Positions 1 through 10,094 of a stretch of DNA of 64,000 bases are shown one piece after another. Below the pieces are notes generated by a model. It did not search any database and was not told where the DNA came from. It was given only the letters and a program-made list of their open reading frames with translations. The position numbers and the translations under genes were made by a program. This stretch comes from a candidate division FCPU426 bacterium (GTDB lineage: Bacteria > Oederibacteriota > Muellerivitia > Muellerivitales > Muellerivitaceae). Numbering within the stretch: the stretch's first letter is position 1; each line of letters begins with the position of its first letter. The stretch is taken from contig CAVTWJ010000013.1 in NCBI GenBank assembly GCA_963738405.1, positions 1-64,000 on the forward strand. The letters are read 5' to 3'.

Positions 1-280
1 CGAAAATCCCAGTGAAATTATATTGAAGGGTAATGTGTACCTCAATGAAATTTTGAATCAGGTATATGATAACGCCCAAGTATCGAAATCAAATATTAAT
101 TCAGCCTATATAGAGATATCTGTTAACAGGAATACCGATATATTAAACAGCATAAATATGGATTTCAGCGGCTCTTTGGATGGCGGCGAAGGAGATGCCC
201 AATACTCTGCCAAGGTGGCTTTGACATACAGCGATTTGAACGGGAAATTTGATATTGTACTTCCAGAAGGTGTGGAATAA
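1..280 (+). CDS. 3' end of a hypothetical protein (partial, runs off the window start)
   Basis: Open frame to TAA at 278-280; ends ...YSDLNGKFDIVLPEGVE, like beta-rich Firmicutes lipoprotein C-termini. Confidence 0.55.
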   Translation, partial: ENPSEIILKGNVYLNEILNQVYDNAQVSKSNINSAYIEISVNRNTDILNSINMDFSGSLDGGEGDAQYSAKVALTYSDLNGKFDIVLPEGVE

Positions 281-287
281 GGGTACA

Positions 288-330
288 ACCCTCACCCCCT
301 GCCCCTCTCCCGGACTCGGTAGAGGGGAGA
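288..330. repeat. Extragenic palindromic element (CCCTCACCCCCTGCCCCTCTCC...AGAGGGG type)
   Basis: Intergenic CCCCTCT/AGAGGGG stem preceded by CCCTCACCCC, a widespread REP-like pattern. Confidence 0.55.
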
Positions 331-349
331 AAAGATAAGGAGGAATATT

Positions 350-1096
350 GTGCAGAAGTCTGTTGAACTAAATTGTAATGGGTTAACTTTAAGGGGAACA
401 GTCCATATACCTAAGAATGGAAACGAAAGCATCCATTTGTGGCTATGTACCACGGCTTTACTGGAAACAAGACTGAGATAGGTTTTTTGTTTGTGCAGCT
501 CTCTAGAAAACTGGAAAATGCAGGAATAGGAAGCGTCAGATTCGATTTTTCAGGATCGGGCGAGAGCGACGGACTGTTCCAAGACATGACGGTTTCGAGA
601 GAAATCAGCGAGGCGAGGCGCATTTATGAGTTCATGTCAGGCTTGGAATATGCAGACACAGGCAGCCTTTTCCTGATGGGCTTAAGTAATGGAGGCCTTA
701 TCGCAAGTGTACTGGCTCCAGAACTTCAAGGCGTTAAAGCAATGGCCTTGTGGGCTCCTGCGGGGAATATGGCTGATATTGCGGAGCGCACGGTGTGTTT
801 TACTGATGAAGCAGGCGGATGGACATAGGCGGATTGTTGCTGAATCCAGGTTCGCGGAGGATGTAAAAAGTATAGATATATATGGCAGGGCGGCGAAGTA
901 TAAGGGGGATGTCCTTATAGTGCATGGAACTGCGGACGAAACAGTTCCTTTGGAAACTTCGTATAGGTATAGAGAGATATACAAGGAACGTTTGAAATTG
1001 ATGGAAATTGAGGAATCAAGCCATATATTCAACAGGGTGCAGTGGAAGGACGAACTGCTCGGGGCTACGGTGGACTTTTTGGCGGGGTATAAGTGA
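350..1096 (+). pseudogene. Alpha/beta-fold hydrolase, frameshifted (about 3 indels; possibly sequencing error)
   Basis: RBS AAGGAGG then GTG at 350; HGFTG, RFDFSGSGESDG, GLSNGG nucleophile elbow, HGTADETV and SHIF motifs spread across frames; shifts near 425, 820 and 850. Confidence 0.8.
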
Positions 1097-1188
1097 AGTA
1101 TTAAGAGCCAGGTGTGATAATTACCTGGCTCAATTCCAGTGTATCAAGGCCATTACGGTTTTTATCTTGTATATCAAAGGGTAGTCAC

Positions 1189-1428
1189 TCATATTTGGTT
1201 GCTCTCCTTTAGTATTCCAAAGCCTTCCGCTATTAAAGTTTCCAACACACTGTCAATGGGGATTCCCTTCATTTCACAGGCTTTTGGAATGGTCATAGCC
1301 TTGCCGCCCGTTTTACGTGCAATAGGGTTTATTATGTCTTTGAAGCCAAAGCTCTTCATGATTTCAACCATCTCAGGATACTTTCCGGTCAACTCGTAAA
1401 TACTTTGATTCAAACTAATATGTTTCAT
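1189..1428 (-). CDS. DUF1858 domain small protein
   Basis: SIYELTGKYPEMVEIMKSFGFKDI...MTIPKACEMKGI pattern typical of DUF1858. Confidence 0.75.
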   Translation of the reverse strand: MKHISLNQSIYELTGKYPEMVEIMKSFGFKDIINPIARKTGGKAMTIPKACEMKGIPIDSVLETLIAEGFGILKESNQI

Positions 1429-1682
1429 AGTCAAGACCTCTTTCGACAGCTTTAATTTTGTACTTATTTATATATACCCCTAATCAAGTGCTACTATAAG
1501 ATATAACGAAAAAAGATTTTGCATTTCAAGACTAATTTAAACTGCAAAATCTATAGTTGACGGGTACACCTCCTTATAGTATTATTGGATTAAATATATA
1601 GGAATAGTAGGGTTACTGCATATAATTTGCAAGATGAAAGCCTTTATATAGTAAGAAATATTTTGAGGGAGGGGCAAGTTTC

Positions 1683-2601
1683 ATGCCAATCAAAATACCG
1701 GATAATCTCCCGGCAACGGAAATCCTAAGCAGCGAAAATATTTTTGTCATGAGCGAAAACCGTGCGTTTCACCAGGACATACGTCCGCTGAAAAATTGCT
1801 ATATTAAATATAATGCCAACTAAAGTCACTACTGAAACTCAGATCTTGCGTTTGCTAAGTAATTCTCCGCTGCAAATTGAGATAGTCCTTTTGCATCCAA
1901 AAACTCACACGTCGAAAAATACTCCAGAGAAACATCTAATGGCATTCTACAAGACCTTTGATGATATAAAAGACGAGAAATTCGATGGGATGGTTATAAC
2001 TGGCGCTCCAGTGGAGCAGCTCGAGTTTGAAGAAGTGAATTACTGGGAAGAATTAAAACAGATTATGGACTGGAAGGTCAACAATGTCACATCTACGCTC
2101 CATATTTGCTGGGGGGCGCAAGCCGCTCTTTATTACCATTTTGGGATTCCAAAGTATCCACTTGAGAAGAAAATGTTTGGAGTATTTTCCCATACTACAT
2201 GTAAAAAGAATGTTAAGCTGCTGCAAGGGTTTGATGATGAGTTCCTGGCTCCACATTCACGCCACACTGAGATTAGAAGAGCGGATATTGAGAGATTCCG
2301 AACTTGGAAATTTTGGCTGAATCAGAAGAAGCAGGTGTTTATATTGTAGCAACCAAAAACGGACGGAAGGTTTTTGTAACTGGACATTCGGAGTATGACC
2401 CTTTTACTTTGAAGGCAGAATATGAGCGTGATGTAGCAAAAAGGACTTGACATAGAAAAGCCGAGGAATTATTTTCCAAACGATGATCCTACAGGAGAGC
2501 CCATAGTAAAATGGAGGGGACATTCCAATTTGTTGTTCTCAAACTGGTTGAACTATTACGTATATCAGGAAACACCTTACGATTTGAGCGAAATAAAATA
2601 A
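1683..2601 (+). pseudogene. metA: Homoserine O-acetyltransferase MetAA (MetA family), frameshifted (3 indels; possibly sequencing error)
   Basis: [11 protein letters not shown] start; [28 protein letters not shown] and [15 protein letters not shown] motifs; shifts near 1790, 2295 and 2440. Glu in GAPVE indicates acetyl rather than succinyl specificity. Confidence 0.9.
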
Positions 2602-2648
2602 TAAATTAGGTATATATTACAAGGAAATGAGACATATATATAGCACGT

Positions 2649-2683
2649 ATAAAAGGAACGCAGCAATCTGGCGTTCCTTTATG
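2649..2683 (+). terminator. Putative intrinsic terminator after metA
   Basis: AAAGGAACGC...GCGTTCCTTT stem followed by a T-rich tail. Confidence 0.6.
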
Positions 2684-2771
2684 TTTGCTTTCCAAAATAA
2701 ATGTATTGCTGGAATTACCATAATGAGATTACACTTGTATTATTTCCGACAAGATGTTACAATTATATTAA

Positions 2772-4508
2772 GTAAACCAAATCCGCGTTTTCGGCCAGGC
2801 CGGGGAATTCTGGGTCAACTCGATGAACCTCTACCGGTTCACGAATGCCGGGGCCACCAGGACCCAGATCGCCAATGTCACCGGCGCCCTCGGCGTGGGG
2901 TTCGGCATGGCCGACAGCCCTACCTACACCCATCCGGCCCTTTACCTGATCGGGACGGTCAGCGGGACCTACGGCTTCTTCCGCAGTGACGACGGGTTGG
3001 GCGCTGCCTGGACCCGGATTAACGATGCCAACCACCAGTACGGGGACGCGATGGGCATTGAAGGGGACGAAACCGTTTACGGCCGCTGCTACTTGGGCGC
3101 TGGGGGCCGGGGCATCCTTTACGGAAATATCCCTGCGGGCACCCCGACCAATACCCCAACCGTTACCCGTACAATTACGCCCAGCCCTACGGCTTCTGCC
3201 ACCATGACGAAAACCTCCACCCCCACCAATACCATCACTTTCACCAGCACCATTACTCCCACGCCCTCGGGTACCCCTACCCGCACCCCCACGCCGTCTC
3301 CAACCTCTTCGCCAACCCCGGCAAGTACCTCGACTTCCACATCTACTGTCACCCATACCAACACCGCGACCAGCACCTTGACGGCCACTCAGACATCCAC
3401 CCCCACCGTGACAAAGACCAGCACCCTGACCTCGACCCAAACCCAGACCCTCACGGCCTCTTCCACCGCGACGAAAACTAATACCAAAACAACTACCTTG
3501 ACCGCCACTGCGACTTCTACGTCCACCGCTTCTCTTACCCCAACCTTGACCACAACGCCTACCGCCAGCCGTACCTTTACCGACACGGTCACTACGACTC
3601 AAACTCCCACATCCACTCTGACCGCTACTTCCACTTCCACTGGAACCGCCACGCCCACCCTGCAATTCAGTCCCACGAATACCCTGTCGCCGACCGCAAC
3701 CCTGTCCCCCACGACCACCGTTACCTCCACCCAGACGGGCACCTCGACTTCCACTAGAACCCAGACCCACACACCGACCGTGACTTCGACCGCCACGGGA
3801 ACCTCTACCCAAACTTCCACACTTACGGCGACGACCACTAAAACCCAGACTTCATCGCCCACCGCCACCTTGACGGCTACCCCGACTCACACCCAGACCA
3901 ATACGCTCACAGACACCCCCACCGTAACGACCACCTCCACCCCGACTGTAACGGCGACCTTGACTTCGACTCTCCAATTCAGCCCCACGAATACGCTTAC
4001 CCCGACCTACACCCTCTTACCCACAAACACCTTTACCGTTACGGCCACTCCCACCCCGACTTGGACGACGACCTGGACCCCACCCCCCACGGTTACCTCG
4101 ACCTCCACTCCTACTCAGACCGTGCAGGTCCAACAGCCCACTGGGACCGCCACCCCAAGCTTCACGCCGACCGCCACGATCACTTCCACGGTCAGCGCCA
4201 CCCCGACGGTCACCCAGGCGCCCACGGCCCTGCCGGGCCATGTGGGGATCTATCCCAACCCGGTAACGGGCCCCACGGTGCAAGTCCTGCCGCCGCCCTA
4301 TGTGGGGGTCGCGAACGTGGAGGTGGAGATATTCACGACGGCTTTCCGGAAGGTGCGGGAAGAGACCTTTGCGAATGTGCCGCCGGGAGTGGCGGTGACG
4401 GTGCAATTGACCGACAAATGGGGGAAGTCACTGGCCAACGGGCTCTACTATGTGGCGGTCATCGTGGACGGCCATCGTTCCTTCGGCAAACTTCTGGTCT
4501 TGAGATAA
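2772..4508 (+). CDS. 5'-truncated GH74 xyloglucanase-like protein with Thr/Pro linker and T9SS-like C-terminal domain
   Basis: Last GH74 propeller blades (GFFRSDD...[12 protein letters not shown]...[16 protein letters not shown]); long T/P linker; GIYPNP...LANGLYY...KLLVLR tail; in-frame TAA at 2769 at the composition break, no signal peptide. Confidence 0.8.
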   Translation, partial: VNQIRVFGQAGEFWVNSMNLYRFTNAGATRTQIANVTGALGVGFGMADSPTYTHPALYLIGTVSGTYGFFRSDDGLGAAWTRINDANHQYGDAMGIEGDETVYGRCYLGAGGRGILYGNIPAGTPTNTPTVTRTITPSPTASATMTKTSTPTNTITFTSTITPTPSGTPTRTPTPSPTSSPTPASTSTSTSTVTHTNTATSTLTATQTSTPTVTKTSTLTSTQTQTLTASSTATKTNTKTTTLTATATSTSTASLTPTLTTTPTASRTFTDTVTTTQTPTSTLTATSTSTGTATPTLQFSPTNTLSPTATLSPTTTVTSTQTGTSTSTRTQTHTPTVTSTATGTSTQTSTLTATTTKTQTSSPTATLTATPTHTQTNTLTDTPTVTTTSTPTVTATLTSTLQFSPTNTLTPTYTLLPTNTFTVTATPTPTWTTTWTPPPTVTSTSTPTQTVQVQQPTGTATPSFTPTATITSTVSATPTVTQAPTALPGHVGIYPNPVTGPTVQVLPPPYVGVANVEVEIFTTAFRKVREETFANVPPGVAVTVQLTDKWGKSLANGLYYVAVIVDGHRSFGKLLVLR

Positions 4509-4562
4509 ATGGAATTTCATGAATTTTTTGTCATTTTTTCAAAAAAATAGTGGGATAAATAA

Positions 4563-7500
4563 ATGGGAAGAATTCTAAATTTTTACTCTTGGACGATGCT
4601 GATCTTTCTTGCCGGGGTGGGAACCGCCTATCCGGTCACGGTCACCTTCACGGTGGACCCAACTCAGAACAACAATTCCATTTCTTCCTATATCTATGGT
4701 TCCAACTTCACTATCCCCGGTGTTACCAATCCTCTTTACCGCCAGGGGGGTAACCGCCTGTCCGCCTATAATTGGGAAACCAACTGGTCCAACGGCGGGT
4801 CGGACTGGTATTACGAAAACGACACCAACATGGGAAACAAGGCCGAGGGTCCCGCCTGGGCCGTTACCAATTTCTACAACCAAAACAAAGCCGTAGGCGC
4901 CGATTCGCTGGCGACCTTACCACTGGTGGGTTACGTTTCGGCCAATGGTGAGCCGTCCGTGCAGGTTCCGGCGGCTGATTTTATGACGGCCCCCGGCCTT
5001 ACCGACCCCAACGGCAATTTTTTCCCGACCATTCTCGCCAAACCGGGGGCTCCGGCATCCTATTCCGTCCCACCCGCCACCATCGGCCCGGTGGTGTACA
5101 CCGACGAGATGGTCAACTATGTGGTCCAAAAAATCGGCAGTTCCACCAGCGGCGGGATCAAATTCTGGGACTTAGACAACGAACCCGGGGTCTGGCCTGG
5201 CACCCACAAGGAAGTCCACAACTACCCGGTGAGCTACATCGAGGTCTTGAGTAAAGGCATTACCGCAGCCACCCAGACCAAGGCCATCGATCCCGGCGCC
5301 CAAATTTTGGGGCCGGTGGCCTATGCGTGGGGGGATTTCATGAGTTTGGGCGGCGCGCCCGACCAAAACGCCTCCTATGCCACCCCCTACAAAAACGGCT
5401 GGACCCCCTGGCTCAACTATTACCTGGCCATGATGAACCAGGCCTCCGTGTCCCAGGGGGTCCGGCTGCTGGACTACCTGGATTTGCACGTCTACTCGGA
5501 AGGCACCGACGCGGCGGGCAACCGGATCAATAACAACGACGTCAGCCAGGACGCGGCCACCACCCGCATGCAACTTCCCCGAGAAATGTGGGACCCGACC
5601 TACACCGAGAACAACTGGATCTCCTGTTGTGTGCCCAACTACGGACCCATGACCCTGATCCCCCGGTTGCAGGCAACCATCAATCAGTATTACCCAGGCA
5701 CCAAAATCTCATTCTCGGAATACAGTTACGGGGGGAATGCCGACATCTCGGGGGGCATTGCGGAGGCGGATTTTCTGGGCATCCTGGGAAAATACCCGAA
5801 CATGATGGCCTGCCTCTGGGCCGGGGGCACCGAACCCTACCTCACCTGCGCCTTCAACTTTTACCTGAATTACGACGGGAGCGGCTCCAAGTTCGGGACT
5901 ACTTCCGTCCTGGCCAATTCCAGCAACGTGCCCGAGGCCACGGTTTACGCGGCCAAAAACAGCGCCAAACCCAACCTCTTGAATGTCATCATCCTAAACA
6001 AGGACTACAGCAACAACACCACGGCCAGCGTGACCTTCTCCAACTTAAGCGGGGCGATATCCTCCATCCGGGCCTTCCGCTTCGATTCAACCAGTTCGGT
6101 CATTTCCCCCTCCACCGCGCCCGGCTTCACCGCCAATACCCTCACCGACACCCTCCCCTTCCGGTCCGCTACCCTCTATGAGCTCACTTTGAGCCAGGGT
6201 TCCCCTACATCCACCCCCACCAACAGTCCGTCCCTAACGCCTTCCCCCAGCCAAACGAAGACATCGACTCCCAGTAACACCATCACCCCAAGCTTTACCG
6301 TTACCGCCACTTCGACCCAAAGCCGCACGCTGACCCCGACTTCCACGTCCAGCCCTACCCCAAACAATAGCGCCACTAACACAATGACCTTCACCCCGAC
6401 ACCATCCAGAACAAACACTTTGACTTCAACGCCAACCGTGACCCCTACTATGACCTCCACTCTGACAGGAACAGCCACCCGGACCCAGACTCCCACCGCC
6501 ACCCGAACCCTTACCTCCACGGCCACAACCACCCAGACGGGAACCTCTACATCCACCCGAACACAGACCAATACGTCTACGGCCACCTGGACCTTCACGA
6601 GAACTTCGACTCAGACTTCCACCCTGACGGCCACCCCCATGTACACACAGACGACCACTCAGACTAACACCTCCACCCGCACCACCACCTCGACGGCCAC
6701 CCCCACGCCCACTACGACCGAAACAGCCACGCAAACCTCGCAATTCAGTCCCACGAATACCCTCTCACCCACAAATACCATGACGGTCACCACTACTTTT
6801 ACACCGACCCATACGGGCACCCATACCAGCACGCCAACCATGACCTTGAGCCCGACCATCACCAGCACCCCGACCCAGACCTTTACCCCTTCCCAAACCT
6901 TCACACCTACCAGCACCGCCACTCTGACCTCTACGCCCACCCTAACCTCGACCCATACGTCCACGAACAGTCCGACCGTGACGAATACCCCTACGGTAAC
7001 GAGCACCCGCACCGATACACCCGTCTTTACCTACACCCCGACCCAGACCTTCACGTCAACCGCGACTCCAACCTCCACTAGCACGGCCACTCCAACCTCC
7101 ACTCCCACCCCCTCGAATACGGCGAGCTGGACGCCCAGTTCTACACCTGCCAATACAAATACCAAAACCATCACCCCCACCATAACCCAGACTCAAACCT
7201 ACACACCCACTTGGACTGGAACCCCAAGTCCGACATTCAGCCCAATGCCGACCTCAACCAACACCCCTACCGCCAGCTCAACGCCTTCAATTACACCCGC
7301 TCCCACAGCCATTGTGGGCCATGTGGGGATCTATCCCAACCCGGTAACGGGCCCCACGGTGCAAGTCCTGCCGCCTCCCTATATGGGGGTCGCGAACGTG
7401 AGGGTGGAAATCTTTACGCTGGCCTTCCGAAAGGTTCAGGACACGATCTTTGATTCGATTCCTTCCGGAACGGCGGTGACGGTCAACCTGACGGGCAGGG

Positions 7501-7589
7501 GAGGGAACCCCCTGGCGAACGGAATCTATTACGCGGTGGTGACCGTCCATGAGCAACGTTCCATCGGTAAACTATTGATACTCCGTTAA
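4563..7589 (+). CDS. GH44 endoglucanase/xyloglucanase with Thr/Pro linker and T9SS-like C-terminal domain
   Basis: Signal peptide; GGNRLSAYNWETN, LDNEPGVW..TH.EVH (acid/base Glu) and SFSEY (nucleophile) motifs; linker; YPNP tail. Confidence 0.85.
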   Translation: MGRILNFYSWTMLIFLAGVGTAYPVTVTFTVDPTQNNNSISSYIYGSNFTIPGVTNPLYRQGGNRLSAYNWETNWSNGGSDWYYENDTNMGNKAEGPAWAVTNFYNQNKAVGADSLATLPLVGYVSANGEPSVQVPAADFMTAPGLTDPNGNFFPTILAKPGAPASYSVPPATIGPVVYTDEMVNYVVQKIGSSTSGGIKFWDLDNEPGVWPGTHKEVHNYPVSYIEVLSKGITAATQTKAIDPGAQILGPVAYAWGDFMSLGGAPDQNASYATPYKNGWTPWLNYYLAMMNQASVSQGVRLLDYLDLHVYSEGTDAAGNRINNNDVSQDAATTRMQLPREMWDPTYTENNWISCCVPNYGPMTLIPRLQATINQYYPGTKISFSEYSYGGNADISGGIAEADFLGILGKYPNMMACLWAGGTEPYLTCAFNFYLNYDGSGSKFGTTSVLANSSNVPEATVYAAKNSAKPNLLNVIILNKDYSNNTTASVTFSNLSGAISSIRAFRFDSTSSVISPSTAPGFTANTLTDTLPFRSATLYELTLSQGSPTSTPTNSPSLTPSPSQTKTSTPSNTITPSFTVTATSTQSRTLTPTSTSSPTPNNSATNTMTFTPTPSRTNTLTSTPTVTPTMTSTLTGTATRTQTPTATRTLTSTATTTQTGTSTSTRTQTNTSTATWTFTRTSTQTSTLTATPMYTQTTTQTNTSTRTTTSTATPTPTTTETATQTSQFSPTNTLSPTNTMTVTTTFTPTHTGTHTSTPTMTLSPTITSTPTQTFTPSQTFTPTSTATLTSTPTLTSTHTSTNSPTVTNTPTVTSTRTDTPVFTYTPTQTFTSTATPTSTSTATPTSTPTPSNTASWTPSSTPANTNTKTITPTITQTQTYTPTWTGTPSPTFSPMPTSTNTPTASSTPSITPAPTAIVGHVGIYPNPVTGPTVQVLPPPYMGVANVRVEIFTLAFRKVQDTIFDSIPSGTAVTVNLTGRGGNPLANGIYYAVVTVHEQRSIGKLLILR

Positions 7590-7622
7590 GTTTGTTATTC
7601 TAAAATTGGGATTCAATCGGTA

Positions 7623-7976
7623 ATGACCACACCTAACATTTCGAATAGAAGAAAACATCCCAGGGCTAAGTTTAGGAACCAGATCCATGCCTATCCCGTG
7701 CGGGAATCCAAATCGGGAAATATTTTCGAGGTTCAGAAGGACCCTTTGGCTGTAAAAACCATAGATTTAAGTGAGGCTGGAATCCGATTGGAATGGGGGA
7801 TATCCAAGCCCTTAAACCCAATCCTCAAGATTAAGATTGAAGTCAACAATAACGAATCGGTGGACGCGTTCAGCAGGCTGGTCTGGTCTTCTGAAAAATT
7901 TACGGGTTATAAGTTTATTCTTTTGGATCAGGGAGCGGAGAAGTCTATCCGTGATTTAGTGAAGCAATTGGCTTGA
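7623..7976 (+). CDS. PilZ domain protein
   Basis: RRKHPR and DLSEAG c-di-GMP binding motifs. Confidence 0.85.
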   Translation: MTTPNISNRRKHPRAKFRNQIHAYPVRESKSGNIFEVQKDPLAVKTIDLSEAGIRLEWGISKPLNPILKIKIEVNNNESVDAFSRLVWSSEKFTGYKFILLDQGAEKSIRDLVKQLA

Positions 7977-8105
7977 GAGTTACCTTATGGAGGAATTGAA
8001 GGTTCAAGGCGCCGGGTGGCCTCACATGTGAGTTTAATGTATAAAAAAAAGATCAACGTACCAAGAAGAAGACGCGCATTGCCAATGACGAAAGGGATAT
8101 TCGGA

Positions 8106-8258
8106 ATGGGAAAGATCAACAAACCATGGCATGAAAAACATTCCATGCCTAAAAACTCAACCCTCGAACAACGCCTGGCTTGGCATATCCAGCATGCCCG
8201 GGTTTGCGGGTGTAGGCCCATGCCCACATCACTCAAGGCGCGCCTAAGAAAAAAATAA
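8106..8258 (+). CDS. Small His/Cys-containing conserved hypothetical protein
   Basis: WHEKHSMPKNSTLEQRLAWHIQHARVCGCRPMP resembles a recurrent small-protein family; purine-rich RBS upstream. Confidence 0.6.
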   Translation: MGKINKPWHEKHSMPKNSTLEQRLAWHIQHARVCGCRPMPTSLKARLRKK

Positions 8259-8472
8259 GCTATTAGCTGTTATTTTGTCCACGAGGGGGAGCGCAAGCCC
8301 CCGGCTTGGTGCAGGGATCGTGGACAAGACTTTTGGCATTTTTATGGATCATTTGGGGGCCATTACATCATTGACTCTTTAAATAATGAGAGTCAAATAG
8401 ACCCATAGGGGAGCGGTCGTTTTTCTGGTTCGTTTGGAAAAACTCGCCGAATGACTTTGCGCGAGGCTTCCC

Positions 8473-9006
8473 ATGCGAATAATTCTCACCCTGGTTGTGC
8501 TTCCTTTATTGGCCTTGGCCGCCTTTTCCTGCGGTAGCAAAACCGAAAACCCCACTTCAGCGGGTAGCAACAACGCCACCAGCACCGTCACATCCACTTG
8601 TACGCCCACCCAAACACCCGTCTTTACCGCCACGTCCTCTTCAACCCGAACGCCTACGAGTACCCTGGTGAACACGGCCACCTTTACGGCCACGTCCACA
8701 CCCACCGCCACTCCAATTTCCACTTCCACCAACACACCCACCTTTACTTGCACATCGACCCCCACGGCCACCTTGACCCCCGTCAACACGGATACCTCCA
8801 CTAGCACCTTTACGGCGACGAATAGTCCCACGGATACGCCGACGATCACCCTGACGCCTACGATCACTTCCACCCCGACGATCACCTGCACGCCGATGCC
8901 GGGATCGTCCTGGACGGCCCGCACCCTCCCCAGTTCACAGGAATGGTACTCCGTGGCCTACGGGAACGGGGTATTTGTGGCCATTGCCGCTAGCGGTACG
9001 GCGTAA
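8473..9006 (+). pseudogene. Lipoprotein with Thr-rich linker, truncated at the start of a beta-propeller repeat
   Basis: Lipobox AFSC; T/P linker; single WYSVAYGNGVFVAIA blade, then a stop supplied by the adjacent element end. Confidence 0.7.
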
Positions 9007-9017
9007 GGTTCATTTAT

Positions 9018-10085
9018 TCACGCAGCCCCCCTGTAATAGAATTTGAGCAGTCCGCCGAGCCTTTGACGACAGACGATCTTGCCCTTTGGGCTTCCTCTGG
9101 TTAGTTCTCGGGCAGGAAAGGGAATACGGCCAAGTCCTTGGTGGGGACGCTCCCCATGGAAATGAGCGAGATATTCCTTCAAAGAGTTTCGTAACATCGG
9201 TTCTCCCAAAATAATCATCTTGGATAAGCATTCTTCCTTTACGGACCTTACCCAACGTTCCGCATAGGCATTGAGATTTGGGCTTTGGAAGGGAAGCATC
9301 AGGGTTTGGATTCCCTCGTTTTGCAAGATTCGCCGGAAAGTCGGGCAGAATTGACCGCCCCGATCGTGCAATAAAATCATCCCTTGTTTGAGGAAACCCC
9401 AGTCCGGCATGGTTAGGTTTTTGGCTATTTGCTTCATCCAATCCCCATCAGGGTTGGTCGTGATACCGGCTATGTGGACTTTTCGGCTCGCTTGGTGGAT
9501 AAGGAAAAGTACGTAATAAGTGGTCAAGCCCCAAGGTTCCCAGACCTCCCAAGTGAAAAAATCGGTTCCAACCAGGGCCTCCCAATGGGATTGGGTGAAC
9601 TTGGCCCAGGTGGGTCCATTCCTGATTCTATCCGAGGCAGGTGTAAGGCCATGTCGTTTCAAAATATTGCGGATAGTGGTTTTGCCGACAATGAATCCCA
9701 CCGTTTTCAGGATATCCCGAATATGTTTATAACCCCAAGAGGGATTATCCTGGGCGAACTGGACCACCAGCATTTCAATATCCTTGGCCAGAGACGGCCT
9801 CCCAGGGCCGCGGTTCTTTGAATAGTCCCACTTTTCACGGACAGCTTCCCTTTGCCAACGCAGGAGAGTGTCAGGGGTAAAAAGAGTGAGAATTTCTTTA
9901 AGGCCTTTTCTTCCTAATTTGGCCGCTGCCTTTGACATGTCCATTTTCTGTCCCAAGGTAGGAACGGGTCGTTTGGGAAGGTGGGCCAGGAGAAACCTGA
10001 TTTGGGATTCGTAGAAGTCCATGAGGGAGCGTTTTTCGGGATTCAAAAGGGCGGCTAGAAGCGTGAAAAAGATTTGGTAGTTCAT
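9018..10085 (-). mobile_element. Integrase-core (rve, DDE) transposase
   Basis: HTH region SWGYKHI; GTDFF, LHDRGGQF, SPNLNAYAERWVRSVKEECL, ERPHQG and RLGGLLKFY motifs. Confidence 0.9.
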
Positions 10086-10094
10086 ATCCGTGTC

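Noticed and set aside
1440..1682. SAM riboswitch or T-box upstream of metA
   Set aside because: No S-box core or T-box motif recognisable
2627..2989. 120-aa ORF
   Set aside because: Spans a terminator and the composition break; out of frame with GH74
2763..7012. Val/Gly-rich minus-strand ORFs (also near 8379, 40530, 46809, and plus-strand 31941)
   Set aside because: Antisense shadows of Thr/Pro linkers
4235..7410. Diversity-generating retroelement TR/VR pair
   Set aside because: No reverse transcriptase in the window; differences are not adenine-specific; both copies are coding
8385..8472. c-di-AMP or c-di-GMP riboswitch before the lipoprotein
   Set aside because: Only scattered short matches; consensus architecture not found
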